Positions 50,961-63,303 of a stretch of DNA of 64,000 bases are shown piece by piece. The stretch is taken from assembly GCF_006345805.1 (NCBI RefSeq), contig NC_042998.1:44392001-44456000 (forward strand), read 5' to 3'. Each line of letters begins with the position of its first letter. Positions within the stretch are counted from its first letter, which is position 1. The notes beneath the pieces are model-generated. The model saw nothing but the letters and a program-made list of their open reading frames with translations, did no database searches and had not been told where the DNA came from. Both the position numbers and the translations under genes were made by a program. This stretch comes from Octopus sinensis (Eukaryota).

Positions 50961-52386
50961 AATCTCTGAACGAGGTGAATATATATATATATATATATAT
51001 ATTTGATGAACTCTCCCGTAGGTTTCGACGTATGAGGATCCGACAATCTACACTTTCTTTGTCCGTCTTAATGCTACATTAAGTGATACATGAGTCCTTA
51101 AGGAAGAAAGCATTAAAGCAAAGACAAGGCATACATTGTAGCATTGTATATACACATGTACTGTCACAAGAGGATTCAGAACGAAAGCAGAGATTCTCCA
51201 TGGTCTATAAGCGCTTCAATTGCAAGATAAAGCGAGTAGACAATCCTATAACAACAACATACAAAACTGCTTGAAGTTATGAATAGCAATATAGTAAAAT
51301 ACTAAAAAGAAACAACAAAACAAAAGCAGGGAACACGCAAATAGTTAATTTCCTTTTAAGAAAATAAATTAGAAATTGGATCTTTGCTTAACTGTACAAG
51401 AACGTAAAAACTTCTGTGTTTTCGCACTAAACGTACATTGTAGGGGAACTTTGGTGCGCTGCATAATTTTTATTGATGCCTTCCTACTTTTCACATAATA
51501 TAGGAAGTGATTATTTTCGTAAAAGCTATCTCTTTTTACTGTACAGTTGTGTCACCTAATTTCTGATGTTCATTCATTCGTTCTCTTATTATATTATGTG
51601 TTTCTAGCAGTCAGTGTAGAATTTACTTTTTTGATATTTTTGCTCCCTAATCTTGATTTAAACAGATTTGCAATCCTTAAATTAGCTATTTTTGTGGTAA
51701 AAATTACATTCTGAACTTTTCCTTGCACAATTTGATTTTTGTATGTGTTTACATTTTCTGCAATTTTGGATTTTTTTAAAAATTCATATTCGATAATTTA
51801 TTCTATTGCTATTCAGCTTCAAACTTGAATTTTCAGATTGGGAAGAGTTTTCAGTGGCTCTCTCAAACAATCGGAGTAATTTTCAATTCTTTTATATTGA
51901 GCTGTGTTTGCATTTCTTTCAAATTGCCTGATCCACACTTTTTCAAATATATGCCCGTAATCTGCTTCTGAGTATATAATCAATATTTTAAAGCTACGAC
52001 CATCTCTCGTTCCATTCTTTTGATAACAACTGTGATCATCGTATCTCGCATTCACAGAATTTCACTCCTACTCAAATCGTCTAGCCATTTTTTCCATGAC
52101 AGGAAAAAACTTTTACATTTTGACTAATCTTTTGGCATCATCAAAACAGTTTAAATAGATTATCATCAGTTCTATTCATAAAAACCATATAATTTTATTT
52201 TTTCATTGTTAATTTATTTATTAAATTTGATTTTTTTTTTTTAATTCGAAGTAGTATTTATATTGATTGTCATCGTGGCAAAATGTGACAATGCAGAAAT
52301 TCGTATATGTAGCACAGAGATTAATCACTCTTGTGTCCATGTCGTTGTTGTATACATTTCTAGTTCGCAACGCATTCCAGAGTACA

Positions 52387-52590
52387 CTTTCTACTATAGG
52401 AACAAGTCCTGAAATTTGTGGGGAGGAGAATCGTCGATCAGATCGACCCCAGTACTTGACTGGTTCTGAATTTATCGAGCCCGGAAGGATGAAAGGTAAA
52501 GTCGACAGCGGCAGAATTTGGACTCAGAACGTAGCCACGGGCGAAATAGTGCTAAGCATTTCGTCCAGTGTGCTAACGATTCTACCAGCT
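52387..52590 (-). mobile_element. tRNA-derived SINE, family B
   Basis: gaatttatcgagcccggaaggatgaaaggtaaagtcgac...gaatttggactcagaacgta...gtgctaacgattct. Confidence 0.88.
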
Positions 52591-52828
52591 CAATCAAAAA
52601 TATAAGAAGCAAATGTAAGATCTTAAACGACCACCAGATGGCATAGTATTATGATTAATACACGCATATTGAGCAGCCTTATATCAAATTAGTGGTGATT
52701 ATAACATAATGTTTATACCAATGCAAAACTACACTAGCTGTAATATTTTTTCAAGAGACAAATTTTGTCAAAAAGACTTATCTGTTAAAAACACAGGACT
52801 TCGCGCAGATCACCGGTATACCGTCAGT

Positions 52829-53167
52829 AAAGGGTAAAGACACCCTTCGGTCATGAATGACCATGGGATTGCATCTAGAAAGTTACCCTCTTAGACACAA
52901 GTCCGGGCGAGGTTGTTTATGGAAGACCAGCAGTCGCCCATGCATACCAGCCTCCCCTCTCCACGCCACCAGTGTTATCCAAGGGAAACACAAAGGTCGA
53001 TACAGCTTGGCACCAGTGACGTCGCAGCTCATTTCTACAGCTGAGTGAACTGGAGCAACGTGAAATAAAGTGCCTTGCTCAAGAACACAACACGCAGCCC
53101 GGTCCGGGATTCGAGCTCACAACCTCACGATCGTAAGCTCGACGCTCTAACCACTGAGCCATGCGCC
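52829..53167 (-). mobile_element. tRNA-derived SINE, family C, full length
   Basis: Minus-strand head ggcgcatggctcagtggttagagcgtcgagcttacgatcgtgaggttgtgagctcgaatccc (A/B-box-like), then gtgttcttgagcaaggcactttatttcacgttgctccag; ends tctttacccttt. Confidence 0.92.
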
Positions 53168-53588
53168 GTCAGTAACGATGGTTTAAACTCATTTTGTCTC
53201 ATTACTCCTGCTCTCTCCATATATATATATATATATATTTGTATGTATATTTATGCAAAGTTTAGGTTAGTTAAAAATATGTTGTGACACATTCCAAGTT
53301 CTAAAATGCAAATTCACAGCATTCTATCTTATGGTAAAAAGGTGTAAAAATACCATATCTGTCCAGTGTCGCCCATATGTCGACGTTTCTAGCTCTTTAT
53401 ATGTATATACTGGGTGACTGACTGGTCGGCTATCGTGGTTGATTAAATCCAACCTGGTGGTTTGTAGATCATGAATCCAAAGTCAGATGCACGAAGGCAC
53501 AATGAAATGCCCTTCGGTGTTAGTTCTAGTCTTCATTGACTCGTGCTTTTTCATTTTTGTAGGCTTATGTTTCCTTGCGCATTGCTTG

Positions 53589-53654
<66 letters not shown>

Positions 53655-53693
53655 ATGTATGTATATGTATGTATATATATATATATATACAAA

Positions 53694-54097
53694 GGCGCAG
53701 GAGTGGCTGTGTGGTAAGTAGCTTGTTTACCAACCACATGGTTCCGGGTTCAGTCCCACTGCGTGGCACCTTGGGCAACTGTCTTCTACTATAGCCTCGG
53801 GCCGACCAAAGCCTTGTGAGTGGATTTGGCAGACGGAAACTGAAAGAAGCCCGTCGTATATATGTATATATATATATGTATGCGTGTTTGTGTGTCTGTG
53901 TTTGTCCCCATAGCATTGCTTGACAATCGATGCTGGTGTGTTTGTGTCCCCGTCACTTAGCGGTTCGGCAAAAGAGACCGATAGAATAAGTACTGGACTT
54001 ACAATAGAATAAGTTCCGGGGTCGAGTTGCTCGATTAAAGGCTGTGCTCCAGCATGGCCGCAGTCAAATGACTGAAACAAGTAAAAGAGTAAAAGAG
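53694..54097 (+). mobile_element. tRNA-derived SINE, family A, full length and well preserved
   Basis: ggcgcaggagtggctgtgtggtaag head, ggttccgggttcagtccc, accttgggcaa (CORE-like), LINE-like tail and (gtaaaaga)n end. Confidence 0.95.
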
Positions 54098-54099
54098 AG

Positions 54100-54193
54100 A
54101 GAAAGAGTATATATGTATATGTATGTATATGTATATTATATATATATATATATATGTATATGTATATATATATGTATATGTATATATATATGT

Positions 54194-54225
<32 letters not shown>

Positions 54226-54500
54226 GTATATGTATATATATATATACATATATATATATGTGTATGTATATATATATATATATATATATGTATATGTATG
54301 TATATATATACATATATATATGTATGTATATGTATGTATATATATATGCATATGTATGTATATATATATATGTATATTGTATATATATATATATATATAA
54401 TATATATATATGTATATATGTATATATATATATATATATATTATATGTATATATGTATTTGTATATATATATATATATATATATATGTGTATATGTATGT
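54100..54500. repeat. (TA)n/(TATG)n microsatellite
   Basis: Direct inspection. Confidence 0.95.
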
Positions 54501-57500
54501 AGACGACATGCGGATGTGGTGCGCGGTAACCCAACAAATGGCCAGATTCACCCAGATGTGAGAAGGGCAGCAGCTGAACAGCAATCTTTTTTGTGCATGG
54601 CACAAAAAATTGTTCAGCAGCTGACCTGGCTACAAGCACAAAGCTGGAACTACCACCACATAAGGCCACCACCAACAGATACAGGATGGCCACCACAGAT
54701 ACCAACACCAACACACACACCAGAAAAATATTTCTACTGAACGTAGGAGGGCTGCTGCGCGGAAACTGTAAAAGGAAAATCTCATTCCTGAGAGACCTTG
54801 TGACATGCAATCAAGCTATATGCATGGCACTCACAGAAACGCATCTTGAACCCGATATAGGTGATGCAGAAATACACATGCCGCAATATGCAGTCATACG
54901 CACAGATAGAAAAGGGAGGAGCCATGGTGGAGTTGCAATGTACATCCGAGATGACCTCATGCCCCAGGTCCTGTTGTCATATTCAAACTCAGTATGTGAA
55001 ACTCAAATTGTACACATAAGACAACTGAATATCGTCATATGCACTACATATCGCCCACCAGATGCCCCAAATCACTCAGGCATGTTTGAAGACTGCCTAA
55101 CAAAAATAGGAGAAGTCCTCACCAACCTTGAACAACACAACAGTGTATTCTTCGTGGGTGACTTTAACCTCCCCAATGTGGAATGGCCTGGGGGGGGGGA
55201 AGATGCTCCCAGGGATGACACACCATTAGCAGGCATAGGTAGAGTCCCTGCTCCATCTCACAAATGCCTCTTTCATGGAGCAAATAGTTCTGCGACCAAC
55301 AAGGGCAGATAATATACTGGATCTCTGCTTCACAAACAATATGGATATTATCCATAACGTTAATGTGATGCCGACAATGATCTCGGATCACAACATAATA
55401 GAGCTGTCTATGTATGGAAGTTGATTGAGAAAGAGATCCTCAAACAGGATTGGCCTGAATGTCTCTCCACACCGGACATAAACATGAAACACAAACACTT
55501 CATGTCCATAATACAAGCCATATGTGACAAATATGTCCCAGTGTGCAGAGCCAGCACACACAAGAACAAAAACAGGATCCCTAGAGAAAGGAGGATTCTT
55601 ATGAGACGGCGGACAAGGATTGCGAACCGCCTGAGCAAGCACACCAAAAGTGGTGAGAAGTCTCGGCTCGAAAGAATGCTAATGGAAACTGAGAAAAGTC
55701 TGCATCAGTCCCATGAAAAGGAGAGAGCAGATAAAGAAGCTTGGGTAATAGAAAATATAAAATCAAACCCTAAAGCTTTCTTTAAGTTTGCCAAAGAGAC
55801 AGCCACAGTGCACCAGAGAATAGAACCTCTCTTCCAAAGAGATGGCTCTCTCACAGGAAATCCCACGAGGATAAGTGAAATACTGAACGAAAAGTTCCAA
55901 AGTGTGTTCACAACACCTCTAGGACACAGGCAAGTAAACAACCCAGAAGAATTCTTTGCCACTTTACCTGCGGCCAAAGAGGCAAAAATTCAGTACATCA
56001 ACATCGAAGATGATGATATCACACTAGCCATATATGAGATTGACGCAAACTCAGCTGCTGGACCTGATGGATTCCCAGCGATCCTTCTCAAATAGTGCAA
56101 ACGAGCCCTTGCAAAACCGCTACAGCTTCTTTTTCAGAGCTTTCTTGCAAGTGGTAATCTCCCAGTCAAATTGAAAGAGGGAGTAATATGCCCTATCCAT
56201 AACAGATGCTAAAAATTATAGGCCTATCTCTCTGACCTCACACATCAGCAAAGTCATGGAACGAATAGTCCATAAGAAACTAATCATGTTCCTTGAAGAA
56301 AATGACTTGCTGTCTGACACCCAGCTTGGATTTCGACCAGGTAAAGGCTGCCTAACACAGCTTCTGCAACACTATGACTGGGTGTTGAAACAGCTACTAA
56401 ATGGCTCAAATGTGGATGTAATATATCGACTTTGCAAAAGCCTTTGATAAGGTCGACCATGGTATGATCTGTCACAAACTGCGTGGTCTCGGCATAGGCG
56501 GAAAACTTGGAGAGTGGCTGCACAACTTCCTAACAGACAGAAAACAGGCAGTTGTGAGCAATGGAGCCACCTCCAAGGAAACACAAATAACAAGCGGTGT
56601 CCCACAGGGCACTGTCTTGGGGCCACTGATGTTCAGACATGCCTTCAGTTGCTACGATGACCACCCTTGCTAGCTATGCAGATGACACAAAAGTCTCCCA
56701 CGCAATACAAAACCCTGAAAATATTGCGCATCTGCAACAGGAGTTGGACACAGTATACAGGTGGGCTGAGGACAACAACATGCAGTTTAATGCAGGTAAG
56801 TTCCAGGCCCTGCGCTACTGGCACACAAAGGTAAACGACGTGCAGACTGGATACACTGGCCCAGGAAGAATTGCAATCCCTGAGTCAAAATCAGTGCGTG
56901 ACCTGGGCATTGACATGAGCAATGATGCATCTTTCCAAGTGCATATTGCTAATCTGGTGATAAAATGCAGACGGCTAGCTGGATGGATTCTCCGACTTTC
57001 AGAACAAGAGAGAAGGAGACACTGATGGTCCTATGGAAAACATTCGTCCTCAGCCGCTTGGACTACTGCTCCCAACTGTGGTCACCACGCAATATAAAAC
57101 TAACAACAGAACTCGAAGCAATTCAGAGAAGCTACACAAAGAAAATCGTCTCAATGCAAAATATCAGCTACTGGGAAAGACTGAAGGTATTAAACCTCTT
57201 CTCCCTAGAGCGGAGGCGGGAGAGATATGCGGTGATATACATCTGGAAAATCCTGGAGGGTCTTGTCCCAAACTTTGGCATTCAAAGTTACCGCAACTGC
57301 AGAACGGGGCGCCACTACATGGTGCCAAGGATTCCAACATCACCATCAAAATACAGGTCCAGATACTGCAACAGCTTGGGTTTCAGAGGACCACAGCTCT
57401 TTAACATCCTCCCTAAATGCCTGAGAGACTTGCATGGTGTGGATGTGGGTTTCTTTAAAACTAAACTGGATCTCTTCTTGTCGAGAGTCCCAGATGAACC

Positions 57501-57668
57501 TACCTCATGACAGGAGACGCGAATGCGGGCAGCAGCATCGAACTCCCTTGTTGATCAAGTGCCACGTATCAGAGGTGGATTCACAAATTAGTGTAGCTCA
57601 TTCAGCGGTGGTGCCCCAGCATGGCCGCGGCCTTCGGGCTAAAACATTTTAAAGGATTTTAAGGATTA
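54500..57668 (+). mobile_element. 5'-truncated non-LTR retrotransposon (CR1/L2 group): ORF1 tail, APE endonuclease, RT, intact 3' end; inactivated
   Basis: Endonuclease motifs LNVGGL, MALTETHL, RTDR..RSHGGVA, TYRPP, VGDFNLP, LDLCF, ISDHN. RT motifs YRPISLTSHISKVMER, QLGFR, DFAKAFDKVDH, SGVPQGTVLGP, YADDTK, VRDLG, LDYCSQLWSP. Several frameshifts and stops; (aaggatttt)n tail. Confidence 0.92.
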
Positions 57669-57757
57669 TATGTATATATATATATATGATATATGTATGT
57701 ATATATATATATGTATAATATGTATATATTATGTATATATATATGTATATATATGTT

Positions 57758-57798
<41 letters not shown>

Positions 57799-57869
57799 TA
57801 TGTATATATATATGTATGTATATATGTATGTATATATATATATGTATGTATATATGTATGTATATATAT

Positions 57870-57910
<41 letters not shown>

Positions 57911-57916
57911 TGTATG

Positions 57917-57949
<33 letters not shown>

Positions 57950-57975
57950 GTATGCATATATATATATATATATCA
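57669..57975. repeat. (TA)n/(TATG)n microsatellite
   Basis: Direct inspection. Confidence 0.95.
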
Positions 57976-58591
57976 ACCGAACAAAGTCGATGATATGAAG
58001 GTCAGTGGAGACGCGTCAATGGTATATCCTGCAATGGAGCAACCTGACAAGAAACTTCCGACATTATAACAGACTTTTATCTCTCTGCCTCTTTATACAT
58101 ACATATATATACGCATGTATATGCACACACACAAAAACACACACACACAGCTATATATGTTACTAAGTGTATTTACGCCTCCATATGAGAATGTGAATTT
58201 TTTTGTGTATTTTGTTGTACGAATCCACACTAGTCCCGAATATACACTTGAGCTGTAAGAGAATAATACCTGACATATGTTGTTATATGTACTTTAGACA
58301 AGATTTTACGATTCAGTCGCCATTTTAATGTCCTGTATGTGTCAGTGTATTAAAAACAAATAGCTGATAACTGTTTAAATATCATTTGTTGCTCTCTTAT
58401 GATTTAAAACCAATGACCCGTGAGTCGCTTTGTCCTATGTCCTATTCACTCAGACAATCCAAGCGTTATGCAAGAAGAAATGAATAACTTTACCTTTTGA
58501 CAAGCTTATTAGTAATTGTTAAGTTTATCAAAACATGAATTATTTTTATTGTTATCAATATTATAATTATTTTAGTATTGTTGTTGGTATT

Positions 58592-58778
58592 AAGGCGGCG
58601 TGCTTACAGAATCGTTACTGCGCCAGACAAAATGCTAAGCAGCATTTCTTCCGGATTTATGATCTGAGTTTAAATACCACCGAGGCCGACTTTGTCTTTC
58701 AGCCTTTCAAAGTCGATGTAATTCACTAACCCTCCACCTAAAAATTCCAGGCCTTGTGCCTATTGTAGGAAAGACTAT
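58592..58778 (+). mobile_element. tRNA-derived SINE, family B, with (ATT)n tail
   Basis: aaggcggcg head, gaggccgactttgtctttcagcctttc central domain, aggccttgtgcct tail. Confidence 0.85.
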
Positions 58779-58780
58779 TA

Positions 58781-58855
<75 letters not shown>

Positions 58856-58856
<1 letters not shown>

Positions 58857-59216
58857 CTCTCTCTATATAAACGGCAAAATGTCTGTGTGTGTGTCCTTTA
58901 TACAAATCCACAATTTCAGTTAGAGGGCTCGCAATTTCTACGGTCATTCAAAACCGTCCAAGGGTGGTCGTGCACATCTTTACATTTCCCCAGTCTCTCC
59001 GCAAAGCCATTAAAAAATCAATAGAAGTGACATTTTTGTGAATTTTCTATCCCAAACCCAATCAAAATGCCCGAAACTTGATACGCCAATTAAATGCCAG
59101 CTAGCTGTATGTGATTCGTTGGAGATTTGGACAGTACTCGCGTGTATGTGCGCACACATGCAGCTGTATATGCATGCACTAGCACTATGACTCAGCGTTG
59201 CCGGGTCATAGTGCTA

Positions 59217-59217
<1 letters not shown>
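58856..59217 (+). mobile_element. Complete 362-bp non-autonomous Helitron inserted at A^T in an (ATT)n tract
   Basis: A(58855)|TC start; subterminal hairpin actagcactatgac-13 nt-gtcatagtgctagt; ends CTAG|T(59218); no TSD. Confidence 0.8.
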
Positions 59218-59252
<35 letters not shown>

Positions 59253-59254
<2 letters not shown>

Positions 59255-59450
59255 AGCGGCGAGTTAGCACACCGGGAAAAATGCTTAGCGGCACTTTGTC
59301 CGTGCTTACGTTTTCAGTTCGAATTCCGCCGAGGTCGATTTTCATCCTTTCGGTTTCGATGAAATAAGTACCAGTTACGGACTGAGGTCGATGTAATTGA
59401 TTAGTCCCCTCCCAAAAAAATTCAGACCCTCTGCCTAAAGTAGAATTATT
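59253..59450 (+). mobile_element. tRNA-derived SINE, family B, with (ATT)n tail
   Basis: aaagcggcgagttagcacaccggg...gttcgaattccgccgaggtcga...catcctttcgg. Confidence 0.88.
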
Positions 59451-59458
59451 ATTATTAA

Positions 59459-59513
<55 letters not shown>

Positions 59514-59555
59514 GTTTTGTTCTTGTTGTTGGTGGTGGTGATGTTGTTGTCAATG

Positions 59556-59619
<64 letters not shown>

Positions 59620-59702
59620 CATTCATTATTATTATTATTATCATTTCATTATTATTATTATTTCATTATTATTATTAATATTTCATTATTATTATTATTA
59701 TT

Positions 59703-59760
<58 letters not shown>

Positions 59761-59790
59761 CCTTTCATTATTATTATTATTATTATTCAA
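59450..59790. repeat. (ATT)n array with GTT/GGT and TTC interruptions
   Basis: Direct inspection. Confidence 0.95.
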
Positions 59791-59799
59791 ATATTGAGC

Positions 59800-60840
59800 T
59801 CCATAGAGATAAACTTATTTCTAGGCCGACAGTGACGTTTCATGTTTAACCACTTATTTTATATTTACATAGCGCATATTGTTACTGTGTATTCTGTGCT
59901 TGAAGTGCTCAGATTTTCCGATATTGCTTATATCATTTTAAGTCCGGTGTTGCGGATTTGAATGGGGAAGATAATGGATGGACTTCCGATTTTGTTTCTT
60001 TTGATTAGTAGCAACTTACAACTGAGTTTATATAATTTTTTTATGTGCTGTTGTATTTTGAATTTGGCCAGCATTATCATTCCGCTTTTAATGCTATAAT
60101 TATTTTTTTCCTTCATTTAGAGTTAATTGTCATTTACAAATTCCTTTCTCGCGTCGTTTGCTCTGTATGATTCGAATTTTCATCGTTTCTGTAGTGGCCA
60201 TATTGTCTTCTTTCCTGACATATTATTCCAAAACCTGGGAGAAGCAAGTATATTTATCAGCGTTCAGAACTTTAGTGAGATTTGGCTGCTATTGTGACAA
60301 TTTGAGCAAAGAGGCTTCTTCGTTGACTCGTATGTTTAGATTGCTGGTATTATTCTTGTAACAATTTTAACTTTAAATCATGCATAATCAAGAAGTCCCA
60401 AAGTTATTATGGCGTTGAGAATTCTGAATTGTGGTAGGGAAGATGCATGTTATATCCAGTACAACATTATCATAGGTTCATTTTTCTCTTTTAAGATTGT
60501 ATTGTGTCCTAAGAGAGAGATTTGTCTGCTGCCTGTAGCAGGTAGAAAGAATGCGTAGAGGGTGTGTATTTTGCACAACGTCTTCAAACCATACACTAAC
60601 TCCATCATTACCACTGTCTGCTTCAGCAGTGCAAATATTTCGACAAAAACACACCAGTCTTATCTACCCCCAAACCAATTACAAGAATGATATCCCCAAG
60701 GAAGCATCATAAAATACACAGCCGTAGTAACATATATCAAAGGATTGATGAAACATGCATATATGCATAAACATTCCACACGATGATAACATTACAGCAA
60801 CAACTAACATACTAACATACATATTACAAAGACAAAGCAA
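59800..60840 (-). mobile_element. Possible heavily decayed PLE endonuclease region and 3' end
   Basis: Minus-strand GAAAC-GUC remnant near 59835-59850 and weak endonuclease-like peptides; by eye only. Confidence 0.3.
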
Positions 60841-60860
60841 TAAATTAAAGACAAATCCTC

Positions 60861-61075
60861 TGTCCCCCAACCATCATTTGATAACCGATGTTGGTGTGTT
60901 TACGACCCCCGTAATTTAGCGGTTCGGCAAAAGAGACAGATAGAATAAGTACTAGGCAGGCTTTAAAAAATAATAAGTCCTGGGGCCGATTTGTTCGACT
61001 AAAAGCCTTCAAGGCGGTGCTCCAGGAAAGCCGCGGTGGAATGACTGAAACAATTAAGAAAATATAAAAATAAAA
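60861..61075 (+). mobile_element. SINE family A, 3' half
   Basis: tgtcccccaacc...gcggttcggcaaaagagacagatagaataagtact...aaggcggtgctccag. Confidence 0.88.
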
Positions 61076-61128
61076 GAATTTCAGATGGAAAGGGAAATTC
61101 TGGAGGACAATTAACAAAAGTATATTCT

Positions 61129-61360
61129 AAGGCGGCGAACTGGCAGAATCGTTAGCACGCCGGGCGAAATGCGTAGCCGTATTTCGTCTGCCGTTACGTT
61201 CTGGGTTCAAATTCCGCCGAGGTCGACTTTGCCATTCATCCTTTCGGGGTCGATAAATTAAGTACCAGTTACGCACTGGGGTCGATGTAATCGACTTAAT
61301 CCGTTTGTTTGTCCTTGTTTGTCCTCTCTGTGTTTAGCCATTTGTGGGTAGTAAAGAAAT
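61129..61360 (+). mobile_element. tRNA-derived SINE, family B, full length with candidate TSD
   Basis: Complete head, central domain and tail; tatattctaag at 61121-61131 and 61362-61372. Confidence 0.93.
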
Positions 61361-61449
61361 ATATATTCTAAGAAATTACTTGCGGAAAATGCCAAAAAAG
61401 ATTATATGATTGAGGTTAAGTGACTGGGGAGGGCACAATATTCCTGTAA

Positions 61450-62700
61450 AAAGACGGGCGATCACTTAACCTCATACGCTCAACGTGGCCTTACTCAGAA
61501 TTGGCGGATTGCTCATGGCCTGTGGTCATGGAAGCAGGGCAACGAAGCCTACAAACTCACACCACTAGATATAGATATCTTGGAACTCAACGTGATAAGA
61601 ATTACTAAGGCACGACATTTTAGTCCATTTTCGATGGCTACGAGGTGTACGTATCTCCAAATCGAATACGATCAGAAAGCAGTTATTGTGTTGTTTCGAA
61701 ACGGTTTGAACTATGTTCATGTACCCAATGACTAAGTCGATGGTGCAGGACATGAGAGCAGTGAGGCCTATACATTACGACTACTAGATTTTTGCATGCA
61801 TCTTTTGTCTTCCCTTAGAATGTTCCGCTCTTTAGTGACATTGGGAGATTGCAATAGATTATCAGATGCGTGCTGAGAGTATGAAGATAGCTTCTGGGAG
61901 ATGGAATGCAAAAGCCACAAAAGCTTGTTCAAATATTTCCAACTGTGGACGACATCACCGTAATAGTGTTAGATACCAACCACTTCGTATTGGAATACTG
62001 GAGCCAAAATTGGACAAGAAATGTTGGTGAGCCTACAGCTCGGCACTTGAAAAACCAGTTCCATATCGTTCAACAGCAACATTAAGGCACTGGATGGGCG
62101 GATCTGTTAAACCAATATCTTTTTGATCTTGATCTGCAGGAGAAAAAGCGTGGTGAGGTAACGAGTAGGTTATCCAGACTCACCGAAAATTGAGACTATG
62201 GATTATTCAAATCCTCGTTTAGCACCGCTCCCGTGTGTGGTAAGACTTGTTGATTTGGGACAGCCTCTACAGATAAACCAGTGCCGTCAACCTGGTCTGT
62301 CTGAGATGCGCGCAAGGCAAAGAAATTTTTCTACTGCACTCCTCCAATTCCTGAGTACTGCTGATTGATGGATTTAGGCGTATATACAATTGCGTGTGGG
62401 ATAGATTCAGCTGTACGCTGAGACCTTTGCGAAGGTCATCTCGTTGCTTATCTCTTAGCCGGCAAGATTTTGCCTATCTTTTGGCTTTGGTAAAGTCAGA
62501 TGTGTGGTAAATAAGATTAAAAGGGCTCAAGGCAAACTTTTCGTTTTCTGACAATCCTTTATCAACTCTTACAAACTTTACTTGAAAAGGAAAATTAGGT
62601 AGGCAAGGCCTGGTGGTCTGACTGTGCGGGCTTTCTCTATAAATTGACGTGGGGAGGTTATAAGAGGGTGCTTGCCTTTGGAATAGGATTTTCTTGTAAA
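61450..62700 (+). pseudogene. Decayed Tx1/L1-like LINE endonuclease region
   Basis: Higher-GC island; FDGYEVYVSP, AVIVLFRNGL and LVTLGDCN (cf. GDWN/GDFN) in shifting frames. Confidence 0.4.
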
Positions 62701-62754
62701 CCCTTAGGGATTAATAAACTAAATATTATTGGAGGCCAAAGCAATTCCGGATCG

Positions 62755-62825
62755 TTTGAACTAGAGCGCAAAGACAGACGAAATGCCGCCGGGCATTTTG
62801 TCCAGCGTGTTAACGTTTCTGTTCG
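62755..62825 (-). mobile_element. SINE family B head fragment
   Basis: tttgaactagagcgcaaagacagacgaaatgccgccgggcattttgtccagcgtgttaacg. Confidence 0.6.
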
Positions 62826-62874
62826 AAATAGTACCATTGATATCATAACCAACAGCTTAACTCTTACTATTTCT

Positions 62875-62903
62875 GCTACTACTACTACTACTACTACTAC
62901 TAC

Positions 62904-62936
<33 letters not shown>

Positions 62937-62955
62937 TAACAACAACCACAACAAT
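62875..62955. repeat. (ACT)n(AAT)n(AAC)n trinucleotide array
   Basis: Direct inspection. Confidence 0.95.
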
Positions 62956-63179
62956 GATATTTCCATTAGCATTGTACTTATTCCGCTTATTAGCGCCTCG
63001 CTCATGGAGTGCTGTCTGCAAAAGAAAATTTTTGCGTGACGGCTTGTGTCTATCTGAGAAATAAAGATAAAAAGAAGTTGTTTTCATCTTCTTGTTCGTT
63101 GTCTGTGTCTACCAATTCCTTTGATAATCTTGATAATCAATTTATTTTTCGGTAGTTTGTTTTTCATTTTTTCATAAAT

Positions 63180-63303
<124 letters not shown>

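Noticed and set aside
53075-53167. tRNA gene
   Set aside because: The tRNA-like A/B boxes run straight into a SINE body; no acceptor stem closure. The same applies to the other SINE heads.
62644-63087. ORFs with poly-T/N/L/V/S runs (also 39828-40316, 58738-58947, 59435-59644)
   Set aside because: Explained by trinucleotide microsatellites and a SINE fragment.
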